A DNA stretch of 64,000 nucleotides, from positions 11,551-75,550 of IMG/VR virus record IMGVR_UViG_3300045988_157167; one strand, given 5' to 3'. Both the position numbers and the translations under genes were made by a program. This document shows, one piece after another, positions 27,670 through 38,553 of the stretch. Under the pieces are notes generated by a model. The model was given only the letters and a program-made list of their open reading frames with translations. It did not search any database and was not told where the DNA came from. The stretch's first letter is position 1. The number at the start of each line of letters is the position of its first letter. The DNA comes from a virus.

Positions 27670-28110
27670 TTATTCAGATTCAACACAATCGAAATATCTA
27701 AACATTTCAGTTGCTTTTTCTTTGTTTTCTTCACTTTCTTTTACAAATCTTAATAATCCACCCACGAAGTAATCAAAATCTCTCCAACCATCTTCGTCAT
27801 GATAACAATGTAAAAATGTATGTTTTTTACTTTCATCTAAATAAAATCTTACTTCATATATATTTTTTCCTACGTCTGCTGAATGATGTGTAATTTCTTT
27901 TGTAAAGTTATTTTCTAGATATTTATATATATCCCATTTGTTAACTTCGTTAAAGAATTTTTTTCTATTTATTACTGTCATTTTCTTTTCCCCTTCTTGA
28001 GCTAAGAAAGATAAACATAAACCTAATTGAGCTTGATAATCTACTTCTGGATATTGTTCTTTTATTTCCTTTGTCATTTTATGAGCTTCTTTCATTAAAT
28101 TTCTTTTCAT
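27670..28110 (-). CDS. Hypothetical protein (start moved to MKRNLMKEAHK behind RBS aaagggg)
   Basis: ORF track 27670..28155; the internal Met has a better RBS. Confidence 0.55.
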   Translation of the reverse strand: MKRNLMKEAHKMTKEIKEQYPEVDYQAQLGLCLSFLAQEGEKKMTVINRKKFFNEVNKWDIYKYLENNFTKEITHHSADVGKNIYEVRFYLDESKKHTFLHCYHDEDGWRDFDYFVGGLLRFVKESEENKEKATEMFRYFDCVESE

Positions 28111-28211
28111 CTTTCTTACCCCTTTCTTATTATTTATTATACTTATATAATACACTATTCGTTACGAATAATCAAGCGAATTTGAAACTTTTTTAAATTT
28201 ATTTTTTGACA

Positions 28212-28244
28212 ATAAAAAATAGGCTAGAATTAAGTAGCTAGCCC
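28212..28244 (-). terminator. Rho-independent terminator
   Basis: Stem ggctag/ctagcc followed by a T-run on the minus strand. Confidence 0.55.
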
Positions 28245-28266
28245 ATTTCTATAAGTCTATTTAATT

Positions 28267-28713
28267 TTATTTTTTATCAAAATTAACTAATTCAATTTCT
28301 GCTTCTTCTAGTATTTCACTTGATAATTCATCAGGATAATCTCCTAAATAAACTATTTTTTCTATTCCTGCATTTATACACATCTTTGCACATAATACAC
28401 ACGGTTTTGTAGTTACATATAACGTAGAATGATTTATATTAACTCCATTGTAAGCTGCTTGAATTATAGCATTTTGTTCAGCATGTAAAGCTCTACAAAG
28501 TTCATGTCTTTGTCCTGAAGGTATTTTTAGTTGTTTTCTTTTGCATCCGATTTCTTCACAATGTTTTAATTTTTTAGGTGCTCCATTATAACCAGTCGCT
28601 AGAATTTGTTTATCTTTTACAATAACTGCTCCTACTTGTCTTCTAATACATGTTGAACGTTTCTTTACTATTTCAGCAATTTCCATAAAATACTCGTCCC
28701 ATGTTGGTCTCAT
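28267..28713 (-). CDS. dCMP deaminase
   Basis: HAEQNAI and [14 protein letters not shown] zinc-binding motifs. Confidence 0.85.
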   Translation of the reverse strand: MRPTWDEYFMEIAEIVKKRSTCIRRQVGAVIVKDKQILATGYNGAPKKLKHCEEIGCKRKQLKIPSGQRHELCRALHAEQNAIIQAAYNGVNINHSTLYVTTKPCVLCAKMCINAGIEKIVYLGDYPDELSSEILEEAEIELVNFDKK

Positions 28714-28721
28714 AATTTCAC

Positions 28722-29543
28722 CTACTTTCTAGGATTTTTACAACTCATGCTACCTTCTGGGCATTTACCTGTAACTGTACAAGGTGCTCCAGCATTTTTA
28801 AATAATACAGGTGCTACTTCTTTTACTAATTTAAGCATTTCATCTGCTAGTTGTCTAATTTCCCATTGAGCGCGATTGCAACATCTTTTATTAAAAAGAT
28901 TATATAAACTTCTAGCATTCATTGTTGTAACCATTTTAGTTTCACAAGCATTAGGAAATACATATCTAGCATCTTCTATAGCTTGTTTTTCTATTGCATT
29001 ATATTCTTTTTTATTATTTTCTTTATATATAAAATCAATATAGTCTTTTATGTTGGCTATATGTACGAAAGATTCAAAAAATGCTCTCGAATTTCTAAAA
29101 GCTAAATATTCATCTCTTATTTTATCCTCTATTAATATTTGTACTAAATCATCATAAGCATTTTGACATCTTTCCATATGTTTAATAAATATTTTTTTAG
29201 CTTCTTCATTTCTTTCTATCTCTGGTGGGATTATATATTCAAACTGATCAAGTTTTACATATCTTTGAGATTGTTGTGAGAAACTTGCTATTCTATGTCT
29301 CACTATTTGGTGAGAACAACTTCTTGATATTCCTTCAATTCCAAAAGTAAATGTAACATGTTCTATTGGGGATTCATGTCCCATACTTACTAAATGTTCT
29401 ACAAATTTTGCTACTTCTTCATCTGTAAGTTTTTCCATTATTCCGTCTACTCCTACTGGTGAGTAACAAAGTTTTGCTGCTGCTGCAACTATTGCATCTG
29501 AATTAGGCGTATGAGCCATTAATTTTACTTTTAATTCTGCCAT
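28722..29543 (-). CDS. thyX: FAD-dependent thymidylate synthase ThyX
   Basis: [14 protein letters not shown] ThyX signature. Confidence 0.9.
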   Translation of the reverse strand: MAELKVKLMAHTPNSDAIVAAAAKLCYSPVGVDGIMEKLTDEEVAKFVEHLVSMGHESPIEHVTFTFGIEGISRSCSHQIVRHRIASFSQQSQRYVKLDQFEYIIPPEIERNEEAKKIFIKHMERCQNAYDDLVQILIEDKIRDEYLAFRNSRAFFESFVHIANIKDYIDFIYKENNKKEYNAIEKQAIEDARYVFPNACETKMVTTMNARSLYNLFNKRCCNRAQWEIRQLADEMLKLVKEVAPVLFKNAGAPCTVTGKCPEGSMSCKNPRK

Positions 29544-29557
29544 TTTTAATATTCCTC

Positions 29558-29776
29558 CTATTTGTTAATTAATTCTTGCCATGCTTTTTCTTGAGCTTGT
29601 TCTGTTAATTTTTTTGATGGAATTATACCAAAACGTTTTACTTTAATTTTATATATTTTACTTAATTTATTACAACAAAACAGAGCTTCTTCTAAACTCC
29701 ATTGGCCGTCTGCTGCTCTATCATTACAATATCTGCTAAACTCTTTTAATGTCATCCCTTTAAATTTTTCTTTCAT
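29558..29776 (-). CDS. Hypothetical protein
   Basis: ORF track. Confidence 0.5.
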   Translation of the reverse strand: MKEKFKGMTLKEFSRYCNDRAADGQWSLEEALFCCNKLSKIYKIKVKRFGIIPSKKLTEQAQEKAWQELINK

Positions 29777-30102
29777 TATTCATCATCCTCCCATTCTTCT
29801 AATTCTTTTCTTAAATGATTTAATTTTGCCCATGCATAGTTAAATTTTTCTGTTCTTTCAAATACATAATTTCCTTGATAATCTCTTGTGAATTTAATTT
29901 TTAACCATGATAAAGCTAATGCTAAATATGTACTTTTTACAATTTTCTTTTCCTTTGTATCTACAGGTTTAGTTTGTTTTATAGGTCCTTGGCCATTAAG
30001 TTGTCTACATTTCTTTTCATCAGGATCTAAAAACATACATAAGTCATTAATTTTAGAACATTTTATTTCCTTCCCCATTTTCGTTGCATACTTGCATTTC
30101 AT
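29776..30102 (-). CDS. Hypothetical protein
   Basis: ORF track. Confidence 0.5.
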   Translation of the reverse strand: MKCKYATKMGKEIKCSKINDLCMFLDPDEKKCRQLNGQGPIKQTKPVDTKEKKIVKSTYLALALSWLKIKFTRDYQGNYVFERTEKFNYAWAKLNHLRKELEEWEDDE

Positions 30103-30250
30103 AAATTTTAACTTCCTCCCTCATTTTACCTTTAGTTAGACAGCCACAATCTTTGCATTGACTGACTACTCCATAATCTATTTCTAAGAAGAACACCATA
30201 CCCCCACAAAGAGGGCAGGCATTCTCTTTTCCTCCTAAGATTTTTCTCAT
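30053..30250 (-). CDS. Zinc-ribbon small protein
   Basis: CPLCGG ... CKDCGC. Confidence 0.45.
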   Translation of the reverse strand: MRKILGGKENACPLCGGMVFFLEIDYGVVSQCKDCGCLTKGKMREEVKIYEMQVCNENGEGNKMF

Positions 30251-30254
30251 GTTT

Positions 30255-30458
30255 TCACCACTTTATAGATTCTATTATCTCAAAATTGTTATTAAACTCT
30301 TCTTTGCTCATAATTAGTTGTATACCTTTCTTGAATATTCTGACTCTATTTCCAGTTATATATTGATATTCAAACTTTTTACCTCGTCCAAAATTAAGCT
30401 GATTTATTTTTTTAGATACATTCTTTTTCAATTTACATTTTCCTGTTTTAAAGTTCAA
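30255..30458 (-). CDS. Hypothetical protein
   Basis: ORF track. Confidence 0.5.
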   Translation of the reverse strand: MNFKTGKCKLKKNVSKKINQLNFGRGKKFEYQYITGNRVRIFKKGIQLIMSKEEFNNNFEIIESIKW

Positions 30459-31203
30459 TATTACACCATCTTTTCTTATTTAGATATCTCCATTGAATTT
30501 CTCCACCGGATATTCTAGTTTCTATATTTTCTATATTGTCTAATCCAAGTATCCATTCCCTATATTGATTTATTTCTTCATCAGATAAACCTTTGTAAAA
30601 TTTAAATCTACTAAGAGTTTTATCTATCTGTTCAACACACCAATCATACTCAGACAATTCTGCTTGTCTATTAAATTCTGCAATATTATCATCAACTTCT
30701 TTTTTTGCTTCTTCATAAGTAAAATATACTTTATCAGGTCTTATAGATACATGTGTTATATACGGAACAAACATCGGCCATTTTTTTACAACTCTAAAAC
30801 CTTGATTTGTAATTTCTGTTTCTATATTTCCTCCAAAGATTTTACTCTTTTTAACTAAATAACCTTTATTATATGCCTCTTTTATACCTTTAGAATCGTT
30901 AATTTTACAGTTTTTTAAGAACTCATTTTCTTCTTCATCTAAAACTTCATGTGTTACTTCAAATAATTTTGTATCATAAGACCAACCTTTAGGTAGTTTT
31001 CTATATCTTTCCTCGCTCTTAAATTCATCAAGTGGTATTCCGTCTATAATTCTACGTTCTCTTGGCACAATATAATCAATTATAACTGCATCAGAAAATT
31101 GTTCATCTACTAAGCCATATTGAACAGAATATTCATGTGCTTTTTTATGACACCAATAAACTAGATCTTCTTTATTAAAACGTTTTTCAAATCCTGGTTT
31201 CAT
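30448..31203 (-). CDS. Hypothetical protein
   Basis: ORF track. Confidence 0.55.
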   Translation of the reverse strand: MKPGFEKRFNKEDLVYWCHKKAHEYSVQYGLVDEQFSDAVIIDYIVPRERRIIDGIPLDEFKSEERYRKLPKGWSYDTKLFEVTHEVLDEEENEFLKNCKINDSKGIKEAYNKGYLVKKSKIFGGNIETEITNQGFRVVKKWPMFVPYITHVSIRPDKVYFTYEEAKKEVDDNIAEFNRQAELSEYDWCVEQIDKTLSRFKFYKGLSDEEINQYREWILGLDNIENIETRISGGEIQWRYLNKKRWCNIEL

Positions 31204-31279
31204 TTATCCCCCTTACATATATAACTTACTTATTATCCATGCACCAATAACCACTATGATTATTGCATCTGCTATTGCT

Positions 31280-31459
31280 CTATTCATGTTCTTCTATGTA
31301 CCAATCTTCTGGAATATCCTCTAAAGTGCAACTACCTAGTATATCATATATAGGGCAGTTACCTGATTCATACATATCATCACATTGTTTACCTGTAACA
31401 GATTTACAAGTTTGTTGAATTACTTTAAGTGCTTTTATTAACTCTTTTCTATCTTCCAT
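31280..31459 (-). CDS. Small Cys-containing hypothetical protein (59 aa)
   Basis: Read by eye: MEDRKELIKALKVIQQTCKSVTGKQCDDMYESGNCPIYDILGSCTLEDIPEDWYIEEHE. TAATG coupling to the upstream gene. Confidence 0.45.
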   Translation of the reverse strand: MEDRKELIKALKVIQQTCKSVTGKQCDDMYESGNCPIYDILGSCTLEDIPEDWYIEEHE

Positions 31460-31890
31460 TATTCCACCTCCAGTAGTTCTTTATTTTCGTATATATTTCC
31501 TATTACTTCTAAATATTTTGGAGGTATACCGCCTAAATCCAAATCAAAATATTGTGTATTATCTTCATCATATATATCTTGCATCATAAAACTACAACTT
31601 TCTTGATTGTAGAACACTTTAAATTTAGTTCCTATATAACAATTATCTGGATGTAAAGTTGGACCATCAACTATTTCCACTATATCTCCCTCATATATTT
31701 CTTTGTCGTTAGCATCTTTACAACCTGTATATTGTCCAGCACTTTCCTTATCTACAATAAATACTTCTCTAATACCAGCTGTTACGTATGCATTAGATGA
31801 ACCATCTATAAAAATTGATTGATGTAATCCATAACCATAAACCCATCTTTTATCGAATTTGTCATATCCTCTGAATTTAATTTCTCTCAT
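31459..31890 (-). CDS. YopX-family protein
   Basis: MREIKFRGYDKFDKRWVYG N-terminus is typical of YopX. Confidence 0.7.
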   Translation of the reverse strand: MREIKFRGYDKFDKRWVYGYGLHQSIFIDGSSNAYVTAGIREVFIVDKESAGQYTGCKDANDKEIYEGDIVEIVDGPTLHPDNCYIGTKFKVFYNQESCSFMMQDIYDEDNTQYFDLDLGGIPPKYLEVIGNIYENKELLEVE

Positions 31891-31893
31891 TTT

Positions 31894-32400
31894 TTATTTT
31901 CCTCCTATCAAATGAATTGTATTGTTTTGCTTATGATGATCATATATAGTAACATCTTTTCTTTTTATTTCTATAACCATGTTATATGTGTATCTATATT
32001 GTATTGAGGATAACTCAAATTTGATTATCTCTAATTTTTTAGCTTCAATTTGTCTTTTCATAAATTCAATATCTATATCTTTTATTTTTACTCCTGGTAC
32101 ATATATTGGTAATATTATTTTTCTATAATTATGATTTTTCATAGCATTAATAATCGGATTTACTACTCTCTCTTTATACATTGTCTTTATAGCTTCTTCT
32201 CTATATGTATACTCTTGTATTTCTTCATCTTCATCTAACATAGTCAATATTACATTTCTTACCCTCTCTGGTCTTAAATTGCAGTTCTTGCAATTAAAAA
32301 CTAATAATGCACTTCCTCTTAAAATTCTTATAAAGTTATCACATCTACAATCACATTCTTTATGCCAGATGCCCTTTTTTATCTTTATTCTTTTATTCAT
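31894..32400 (-). CDS. Hypothetical protein
   Basis: ORF track. Confidence 0.5.
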   Translation of the reverse strand: MNKRIKIKKGIWHKECDCRCDNFIRILRGSALLVFNCKNCNLRPERVRNVILTMLDEDEEIQEYTYREEAIKTMYKERVVNPIINAMKNHNYRKIILPIYVPGVKIKDIDIEFMKRQIEAKKLEIIKFELSSIQYRYTYNMVIEIKRKDVTIYDHHKQNNTIHLIGGK

Positions 32401-32683
32401 ATAGTCCCTCCAATTCCTTTTCAGCTAATTTAATTGCTTCCAATGTGCTATATCCCTTTTCTTTGAATTTTTCTACAACTTCATCACCTAAGTAATATAT
32501 GACGAATAGTAAAGCTCCTATTGTAAAAAATCCTATTATTACTTCTAAAATGGTCGTTATTATTTCACATTTTATAAAAATCATAAAACCCATCGTAATG
32601 GTAAAAACTATAGCTATTGCATATAATAAAAGTCTTATAGCACCGACTATTATTTTTATGATTATTTCTAATACATTTTTCAT
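32393..32683 (-). CDS. Small membrane protein
   Basis: Two hydrophobic helices. Confidence 0.5.
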   Translation of the reverse strand: MKNVLEIIIKIIVGAIRLLLYAIAIVFTITMGFMIFIKCEIITTILEVIIGFFTIGALLFVIYYLGDEVVEKFKEKGYSTLEAIKLAEKELEGLYE

Positions 32684-32693
32684 AAATTTCTCC

Positions 32694-32840
32694 CTAAAAT
32701 GTTTTTTTACTCATTCTTCCAGCAAAATAAATTAAGAAAAATCCTAATGTTACCATTAACCATTTTAAAGTATATAAACTCGGATTTCCTGCAGTTATAT
32801 ATACAATTGCATATCCAATTACCAATAATAACATGTACAT
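32694..32840 (-). CDS. Small membrane protein (48 aa)
   Basis: Read by eye: MYMLLLVIGYAIVYITAGNPSLYTLKWLMVTLGFFLIYFAGRMSKKTF. RBS aaaggag lies 9 nt upstream. Confidence 0.35.
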   Translation of the reverse strand: MYMLLLVIGYAIVYITAGNPSLYTLKWLMVTLGFFLIYFAGRMSKKTF

Positions 32841-33017
32841 ATTTATCATCTCCTTTATATTTTGTGTTTAGTATTGTTTCTTTTCTTCTTGTTCTATTTT
32901 TATTTCTATATTTGTTATTGCATATTCCATGGCTTTTTGTGGAGTTAAATTATATTTTTTAATATATTCCCTAGCCAGTTCTACAATTTCATTCACTCTG
33001 CTTAATAGCAAAGCTTA

Positions 33018-33203
33018 TCACCCCCTTTTTAGTACTTGTAATTCTTCAAGTTTCTTACAATCAACATACTTGCATTTATCTTTACAGTTATGTTTTATAA
33101 TCGTTCCTTCTCCATATGCTCCTACTATTTGTGGTCCTAAATAGTTGCTGCAGTATTTATCGCCAGTTTCTTTTTTAAAGTATTTACATTTCATCTTTAT
33201 CAC
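33018..33203 (-). CDS. Cys-rich small protein
   Basis: ORF track. Confidence 0.45.
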   Translation of the reverse strand: MIKMKCKYFKKETGDKYCSNYLGPQIVGAYGEGTIIKHNCKDKCKYVDCKKLEELQVLKRG

Positions 33204-33425
33204 CTAATTTTCTGTTATATCAACTATAGCTGCTACTTCTGAAAATCTTACAAAGAAATTTTGACCATCTTTATCATCTTTAAATAAATTGATTCCCTTT
33301 TCTTCTTCCTCTGCTATTTTATTTATATCTGCTAAATTTCTTATGATATTTTCCTCTTTGAAACTTCTTTCAAATTCCTTACCACTTTTTAAAATTATTC
33401 TAAATTTTCTGTATTGCTCTGCCAT
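33204..33425 (-). CDS. Hypothetical protein
   Basis: ORF track. Confidence 0.5.
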   Translation of the reverse strand: MAEQYRKFRIILKSGKEFERSFKEENIIRNLADINKIAEEEEKGINLFKDDKDGQNFFVRFSEVAAIVDITEN

Positions 33426-33429
33426 ATAC

Positions 33430-33711
33430 TTACCCCCTATTTTCCAGTTTTTTTGCGATTCTGTTTTGTTTATATGCTATCCACTTTTGTACTTCTAAAG
33501 CATCAATATCATATAATTCTTTAAGCCATTCAATTCCTATTAGTACATCAGCTATTTCCTCTGCCATGTTGTCAGCATCCAATTTGCCTCGTTTTGCTTT
33601 GCTTATTGCTTGAATTAATTCTGCACATTCTTCCATTGCGATAGTTGTAAATAATTCCTCATTTTCTGATGCCTTCATGAAGTATTTTATTGTATTTTCT
33701 TTTTTATCCAT
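33430..33711 (-). CDS. MazG-like nucleotide pyrophosphohydrolase
   Basis: EECAELIQAISK ... EEIADVLIGIEWL. Confidence 0.7.
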   Translation of the reverse strand: MDKKENTIKYFMKASENEELFTTIAMEECAELIQAISKAKRGKLDADNMAEEIADVLIGIEWLKELYDIDALEVQKWIAYKQNRIAKKLENRG

Positions 33712-33720
33712 TTTTCTCCC

Positions 33721-33921
33721 CTATTCTTTTACATTTATTTGCTCCATAGATACTCTAGCTGTTCTACCTTTGCCATTTCCTTTGTCCCAGCTTTCTCTTT
33801 CTATAAAAACAAATTCTTTTGTCTTTCTATCAACAGCTATGTATAATCCAGTTTCTTCTAATAGTCCTTTTAATACTGTGCATATCATTGTAACAGCACT
33901 TTCCATTTCTTCTTTATTCAT
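33721..33921 (-). CDS. Hypothetical protein
   Basis: ORF track. Confidence 0.5.
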   Translation of the reverse strand: MNKEEMESAVTMICTVLKGLLEETGLYIAVDRKTKEFVFIERESWDKGNGKGRTARVSMEQINVKE

Positions 33922-34139
33922 ATTTCCTCCTTGTATTCAACAATTTTAGTATTTTGTCTTAGATTTAAACATCTTTTTTCAGCATCTTCTATCAATCTGT
34001 CTTTATACTTTTCTGCACATTCTAAACTGCAAGTTTGTTTTAAAAATTTTTCTCCAGGAATGTCAATCGTATAATGTTTTTGCTCTCTACAGTCGTAAAC
34101 TTTCCCACAAAATTCACATTTATATGTATAATCGTCCAT
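33918..34139 (-). CDS. Zinc-ribbon small protein
   Basis: CEFCGK ... CSLEC. Confidence 0.45.
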   Translation of the reverse strand: MDDYTYKCEFCGKVYDCREQKHYTIDIPGEKFLKQTCSLECAEKYKDRLIEDAEKRCLNLRQNTKIVEYKEEI

Positions 34140-34159
34140 ACTAACCTCCTATATAAAAC

Positions 34160-35101
34160 TTAATTTGCCATCATTCTTTTTATATAATCTTCCATAGTTA
34201 TCTCATTCGCTCTTTCTTCAACTTTTTTAGCAGCATTTTCACAGTTTAATTTAGCTTGTTTGAAATAGCTATCTTTTAATTCTATACCTACGCCTTTTCT
34301 ATTCATTAATAGTGCTTGATATATACTAGAACCTATACCAGCAAATGGATCTAGAACTATATCCCCTGGATTGCTCCATAATTCTATACCTCTTTGTATT
34401 ACATCTAATTGTAAAGGGCATATATGTCTTTCGTCTTTTTCATCTCTTGCCGAATTTCTTTGTAGTGTATTTGATTGTTTTATATCCATCCATACTGGTG
34501 ATGCATAATTTTGCCACAAATCAACTGGGAAGCTTTCATTTGTATGTGTTATTCTTTCAAGGTTTTCTCCTGGTTTTCTCATAGTTATTAAATAATCTGG
34601 AATACCTTGTCTACACATTGAGCTATCTTTTTTTATTTGTTTATGAAGTAATCCTAGTGCTTTTGTTCTTTGCATTTCCGTTACAGGATTTTTCCATATA
34701 CAAACTTCTGAATGAAATATAAATCCAGCATCCACAAATAATTTTATAAGTTCCCCTCTAAAATCTTTTAATCCAATTACACCATCTTTAGATTTCATCA
34801 TAGGTAAATTCATACAATGAAAACTTATTAATCTACCTGGTTTTATAACTCTGTATAATTCAGATACTAAAAATTCAAATTGTTTATAAAATTGTTCGTC
34901 TTTGCTGCAATTTCCCATATCTCTATCTGAATTAGAATAAGTATATAAACTTGCAAATGGCGGACTAAATATACTGTAATGTATGCTGTTATCTGGAATG
35001 CCTTTTAATACTTCCACACAATCTCCTTGATATAATGCATAGTTTTCTTTTGTAATTTGGTCTATAACCTTCATCTCAAACCCCTCCTTTATGCTATCCA
35101 A
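34160..35101 (-). CDS. DNA methyltransferase (N4/N6 beta-class)
   Basis: IFSPPFASLY catalytic motif and DPFAGIGSS SAM-binding motif. Confidence 0.8.
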   Translation of the reverse strand: MDSIKEGFEMKVIDQITKENYALYQGDCVEVLKGIPDNSIHYSIFSPPFASLYTYSNSDRDMGNCSKDEQFYKQFEFLVSELYRVIKPGRLISFHCMNLPMMKSKDGVIGLKDFRGELIKLFVDAGFIFHSEVCIWKNPVTEMQRTKALGLLHKQIKKDSSMCRQGIPDYLITMRKPGENLERITHTNESFPVDLWQNYASPVWMDIKQSNTLQRNSARDEKDERHICPLQLDVIQRGIELWSNPGDIVLDPFAGIGSSIYQALLMNRKGVGIELKDSYFKQAKLNCENAAKKVEERANEITMEDYIKRMMAN

Positions 35102-36447
35102 CTTGGAATCTCCATTTCAATTTTAGGATTGTATTCAGTTGTTATCCTTGTTGTTTGTTTTAATTCTTTAGATGTGATATCTTTAGTTAGCTTAATCATT
35201 GCCTTTTGCATTTTCTCTGCATCTTGCTGTTTTCTCTCGATATTTTCTTTTACTGTACCTTCTTTTGAACTTATTATGATATATATGTTTACTTCCTTGT
35301 CTTGTCCGAATCTCCAGCATCTTCTAATAGCTTGATAATATGCTTCATAGCTATCTGATAATCCAACAAATATCATATTTCTGCAATTTTGCCAGTTCAT
35401 TCCGAATCCTGCGATTGACGGTTTAGTAACTAGGCATTTGATTTTATCATCTGAAAAATCTAACATAGCTGTACTTTTATGTTTTTGTTTATCTGATCCT
35501 TTTACTTCAACACTATCATTTATAAGTTGATGTAATTTTTTACTTTCATCATTTAAATCACACCATACCAGGAAAGTTTCTTCCGAATTATTAACTATAT
35601 CTGCTGCAACTTGGCATCTAACATCTAAACTTTCTTTTCTTGCATTTCTTCTTTGAGTTAGTGTTAATTTTTCAGTTGTTATTGGTAATCCATCAGCAAC
35701 TATTTGATTTATATTTAATTTTGGTAAGTCATATCCTTCTATGTTATAGCCTAAATTATTTGGATTATCTATAAATACTGACCAACTAGCCATCCATTGC
35801 CAGTAATTATTCTCTGCATGTCCTTTTAATCTCCATTTAGATGTTTGACCTCCGTCATGTACAAAGTACATAGATAGCATTTCCGCTCTTGTCATAACTC
35901 CTAAAAACTCTGAATGATTTCCTAATTCCATATAGTCATTTGGCGCTGGTGTTGCTGTACATGCTAGTTTATAAGGTGTTTTTCTAAAGTTCTCTATTAT
36001 CTGATTTCTTACTTTGCCTGTAAAACTTTTTAATATCGAACTTTCATCTAATACTATTCCAATAAATTCATTTGCTACAAATTTTTCTAATTTTTCATAG
36101 TTTGTTATATTTATACCTTCTTTTACATCATCTTGATTTTCGCATATATTAACAGGTATATGGAATTTTTCTCCTTCTCTTTGAGTTTGTGTAGCTACTG
36201 CTAATGGTGCTAATATTAATATTTTTCCACCTTCATGTTTGTATATTTGATTTGCCCATTCCAGTTGCATTGGAGTTTTCCCTAATCCACAATCTGCAAA
36301 TACTGCTGCTCTTCCTTTTTTTAATGCCCATCTAACAATATCCTTTTGAAAATCAAATAGCATTGGATTTAAATTTTCTTTTTCTATATCAAATCCATAA
36401 TTTTTCATTTGTTTATTCTTAGAATTAATAAAATCTTTATACTCCAT
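35089..36447 (-). CDS. DEAD/SNF2-like helicase
   Basis: GLGKT Walker A, DESS box, and C-terminal QAIRRCWRFGQ. Confidence 0.8.
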   Translation of the reverse strand: MEYKDFINSKNKQMKNYGFDIEKENLNPMLFDFQKDIVRWALKKGRAAVFADCGLGKTPMQLEWANQIYKHEGGKILILAPLAVATQTQREGEKFHIPVNICENQDDVKEGINITNYEKLEKFVANEFIGIVLDESSILKSFTGKVRNQIIENFRKTPYKLACTATPAPNDYMELGNHSEFLGVMTRAEMLSMYFVHDGGQTSKWRLKGHAENNYWQWMASWSVFIDNPNNLGYNIEGYDLPKLNINQIVADGLPITTEKLTLTQRRNARKESLDVRCQVAADIVNNSEETFLVWCDLNDESKKLHQLINDSVEVKGSDKQKHKSTAMLDFSDDKIKCLVTKPSIAGFGMNWQNCRNMIFVGLSDSYEAYYQAIRRCWRFGQDKEVNIYIIISSKEGTVKENIERKQQDAEKMQKAMIKLTKDITSKELKQTTRITTEYNPKIEMEIPSWIA

Positions 36448-36455
36448 ATTCCCTC

Positions 36456-36980
36456 CTAAAAAAATGTCAGTTGTTCATAATTAACTTGTTTTATTTCTTC
36501 TTGTTTGAATTCGTATTTTAGTCTTTCCCTTTCTAGATCTTCAAATTTACTTTGGTCTCCACATGCTTTATGAAAGCATTCATCACATAACCATATACAA
36601 TCTGCTTCATCACTTCGTATATTTGCTTTATGTCCTTCTTGATTGATTTCTTTTGCACAGTTGTAACATTTAATAACAAGTAACTTTTCTTGTCTCAATT
36701 CTTCATCGTTATAATTAATTTTTCTTTCTTCATTTGGCCAATCTACTCTATTGCAAGCATAAACACATAAATTAGATTTTTCACATCCATAGCAACAAGC
36801 ATTTGTACACATTTTCTCTTGTTGAATAATTGCTATCAACTCTTGTCTTCTTATTTCATTTTCTTCTTTTATGCCCTCTATCGCTTCTTCTATCTCTGCC
36901 ATGATTAATTCTTTTACTCCGTCCATACGTTCACAGCCAAATGGTGTCATGTTGCCACATTCAAATTCCATTTTATTCAC
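36456..36980 (-). CDS. Cys-rich hypothetical protein
   Basis: Multiple CxxC pairs. Confidence 0.5.
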   Translation of the reverse strand: MNKMEFECGNMTPFGCERMDGVKELIMAEIEEAIEGIKEENEIRRQELIAIIQQEKMCTNACCYGCEKSNLCVYACNRVDWPNEERKINYNDEELRQEKLLVIKCYNCAKEINQEGHKANIRSDEADCIWLCDECFHKACGDQSKFEDLERERLKYEFKQEEIKQVNYEQLTFF

Positions 36981-37341
36981 CTTGTTTATCTTCCAATTCT
37001 TTTGCTAATCTAAACATTGAAAATATCTTGCTTGATTTTGGTATGTATTTATATCCATCTATTTCGCAAGTATTACCATTTACACATTTCATTCCTTTTG
37101 CAACTCCGAATAACTTGCAAATAACTGGTCTAACTTTGTATATCAAACATTTTTTATTTTCTTCATCTCTAAAATAACAAGTGTTATCTAAACGAAAAAA
37201 TGGTTTTATATTATTCTTTATGCAATAATCCTTGATAGTTTTATATTCTCTTTCTCCCATTAAAACTGGACCACAACATTTGCCACAATTAGTGCAATTA
37301 GTGTGTTTCGGTATATACTCAACATTCTTTATATTATTCAT
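36973..37341 (-). CDS. YkgJ-type cysteine-cluster protein
   Basis: CTNCGKCCG motif. Confidence 0.6.
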   Translation of the reverse strand: MNNIKNVEYIPKHTNCTNCGKCCGPVLMGEREYKTIKDYCIKNNIKPFFRLDNTCYFRDEENKKCLIYKVRPVICKLFGVAKGMKCVNGNTCEIDGYKYIPKSSKIFSMFRLAKELEDKQGE

Positions 37342-37352
37342 TTTATTTCTCC

Positions 37353-37562
37353 CTATTTTAATCTTAGTTCAAATAAAAATGTATCGTAATTGTCTAATTC
37401 ATCATCTGTCATACTGTCTAAATCTCTGTGTTCTATTTCAAATTCATCCTCTAGCATTTCTATCCATTGTCTAAAAGTTAAATCATGATTTGCTTCTATT
37501 TCGTAATCTTTTATTTTTTTATCTAATAGTTTCTTTGTTAATTTCATTTTATTTTTCCTCAT
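37353..37562 (-). CDS. Hypothetical acidic protein
   Basis: ORF track. Confidence 0.5.
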   Translation of the reverse strand: MRKNKMKLTKKLLDKKIKDYEIEANHDLTFRQWIEMLEDEFEIEHRDLDSMTDDELDNYDTFLFELRLK

Positions 37563-38553
37563 AAAAAGTTATATTTTTTAATACTATGTCGAATGTTCCT
37601 TTTTCGTTTTTTCTAAAGCTGTATTTCATTGGATCTTCAAAATCTGTTAACTTTCCTTTTATACTAAAGCCAGTATCAGTTTTTATATTTCTGTTTTTAA
37701 GTTTCTTTTCAATCCATTTCTTGTCTATTTCAAAGTTTTCAGTTAAACCTCTATCTTCCATTTGCTCGTTAAAGTTTTCTTGTAATTCTTTGTCTTGAAT
37801 ACTATTTTCAGCAAATTTTTTAACATCTAGAGTTTCTTTTTCTTTTAAAGTATAATTAAGCATACTTCTTATATCTTCGGCCATTTTCAAATCTTCTGAT
37901 ATTGCATTTGTTATCCAGTTATCTGCAGTTTTCTTAAATACTTTTGTTTTATATTTATCATCTTCTATCTTTTCAGCATTTAGAAACTCTGTTAAAAATT
38001 TAGTTTCTAGTTGGTCCTTTTCTGCATCTTTGTCTAATAATCTAAAGTGATAATAATCATTCACTCCATTAGGTCCAACTATTACACATTGCTTTTGTCG
38101 GCCTGTTTCAGGTATACCTATCTCATTTGATGCGATTTGTATGTTAAATTTATCTTCTACATATTCTATTGAATGAGTATAAAGTTTTTTATAATCAAGT
38201 TTTATAATTGCTACATTTTTTTCATCTTTAACACTGTATAAACATATTGCTAAATCACAAGAATCTATTTCATTATTTCGTTGCATTACTTCAAATAAAT
38301 ATGCTGCTATCTCTTTTGAGTTTTGTAAGAATGTCTTTTCATCGTAAATTATTTGTTCACAGCAATTTTTTACGATATTATCGTTGTAATCTTTGAATTT
38401 TGCTTTTCTTAGATCATCATCTTTTAAAACTCTAGTTATTATCTTTTGAAAAAACTTATCTACTTCTAAACTATTTTTACATTCATAGTCATTTAATATT
38501 GGAGCATCACTATTTGTATCTAGTACATGTATTATTGATTTATGTATTATCAT
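37549..38553 (-). CDS. Nucleoid-associated protein NdpA/YejK-like
   Basis: N-terminus IIHKSIIHVLDTNSD and a size typical of the 37-kDa nucleoid-associated family. Confidence 0.6.
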   Translation of the reverse strand: MIIHKSIIHVLDTNSDAPILNDYECKNSLEVDKFFQKIITRVLKDDDLRKAKFKDYNDNIVKNCCEQIIYDEKTFLQNSKEIAAYLFEVMQRNNEIDSCDLAICLYSVKDEKNVAIIKLDYKKLYTHSIEYVEDKFNIQIASNEIGIPETGRQKQCVIVGPNGVNDYYHFRLLDKDAEKDQLETKFLTEFLNAEKIEDDKYKTKVFKKTADNWITNAISEDLKMAEDIRSMLNYTLKEKETLDVKKFAENSIQDKELQENFNEQMEDRGLTENFEIDKKWIEKKLKNRNIKTDTGFSIKGKLTDFEDPMKYSFRKNEKGTFDIVLKNITFYEEK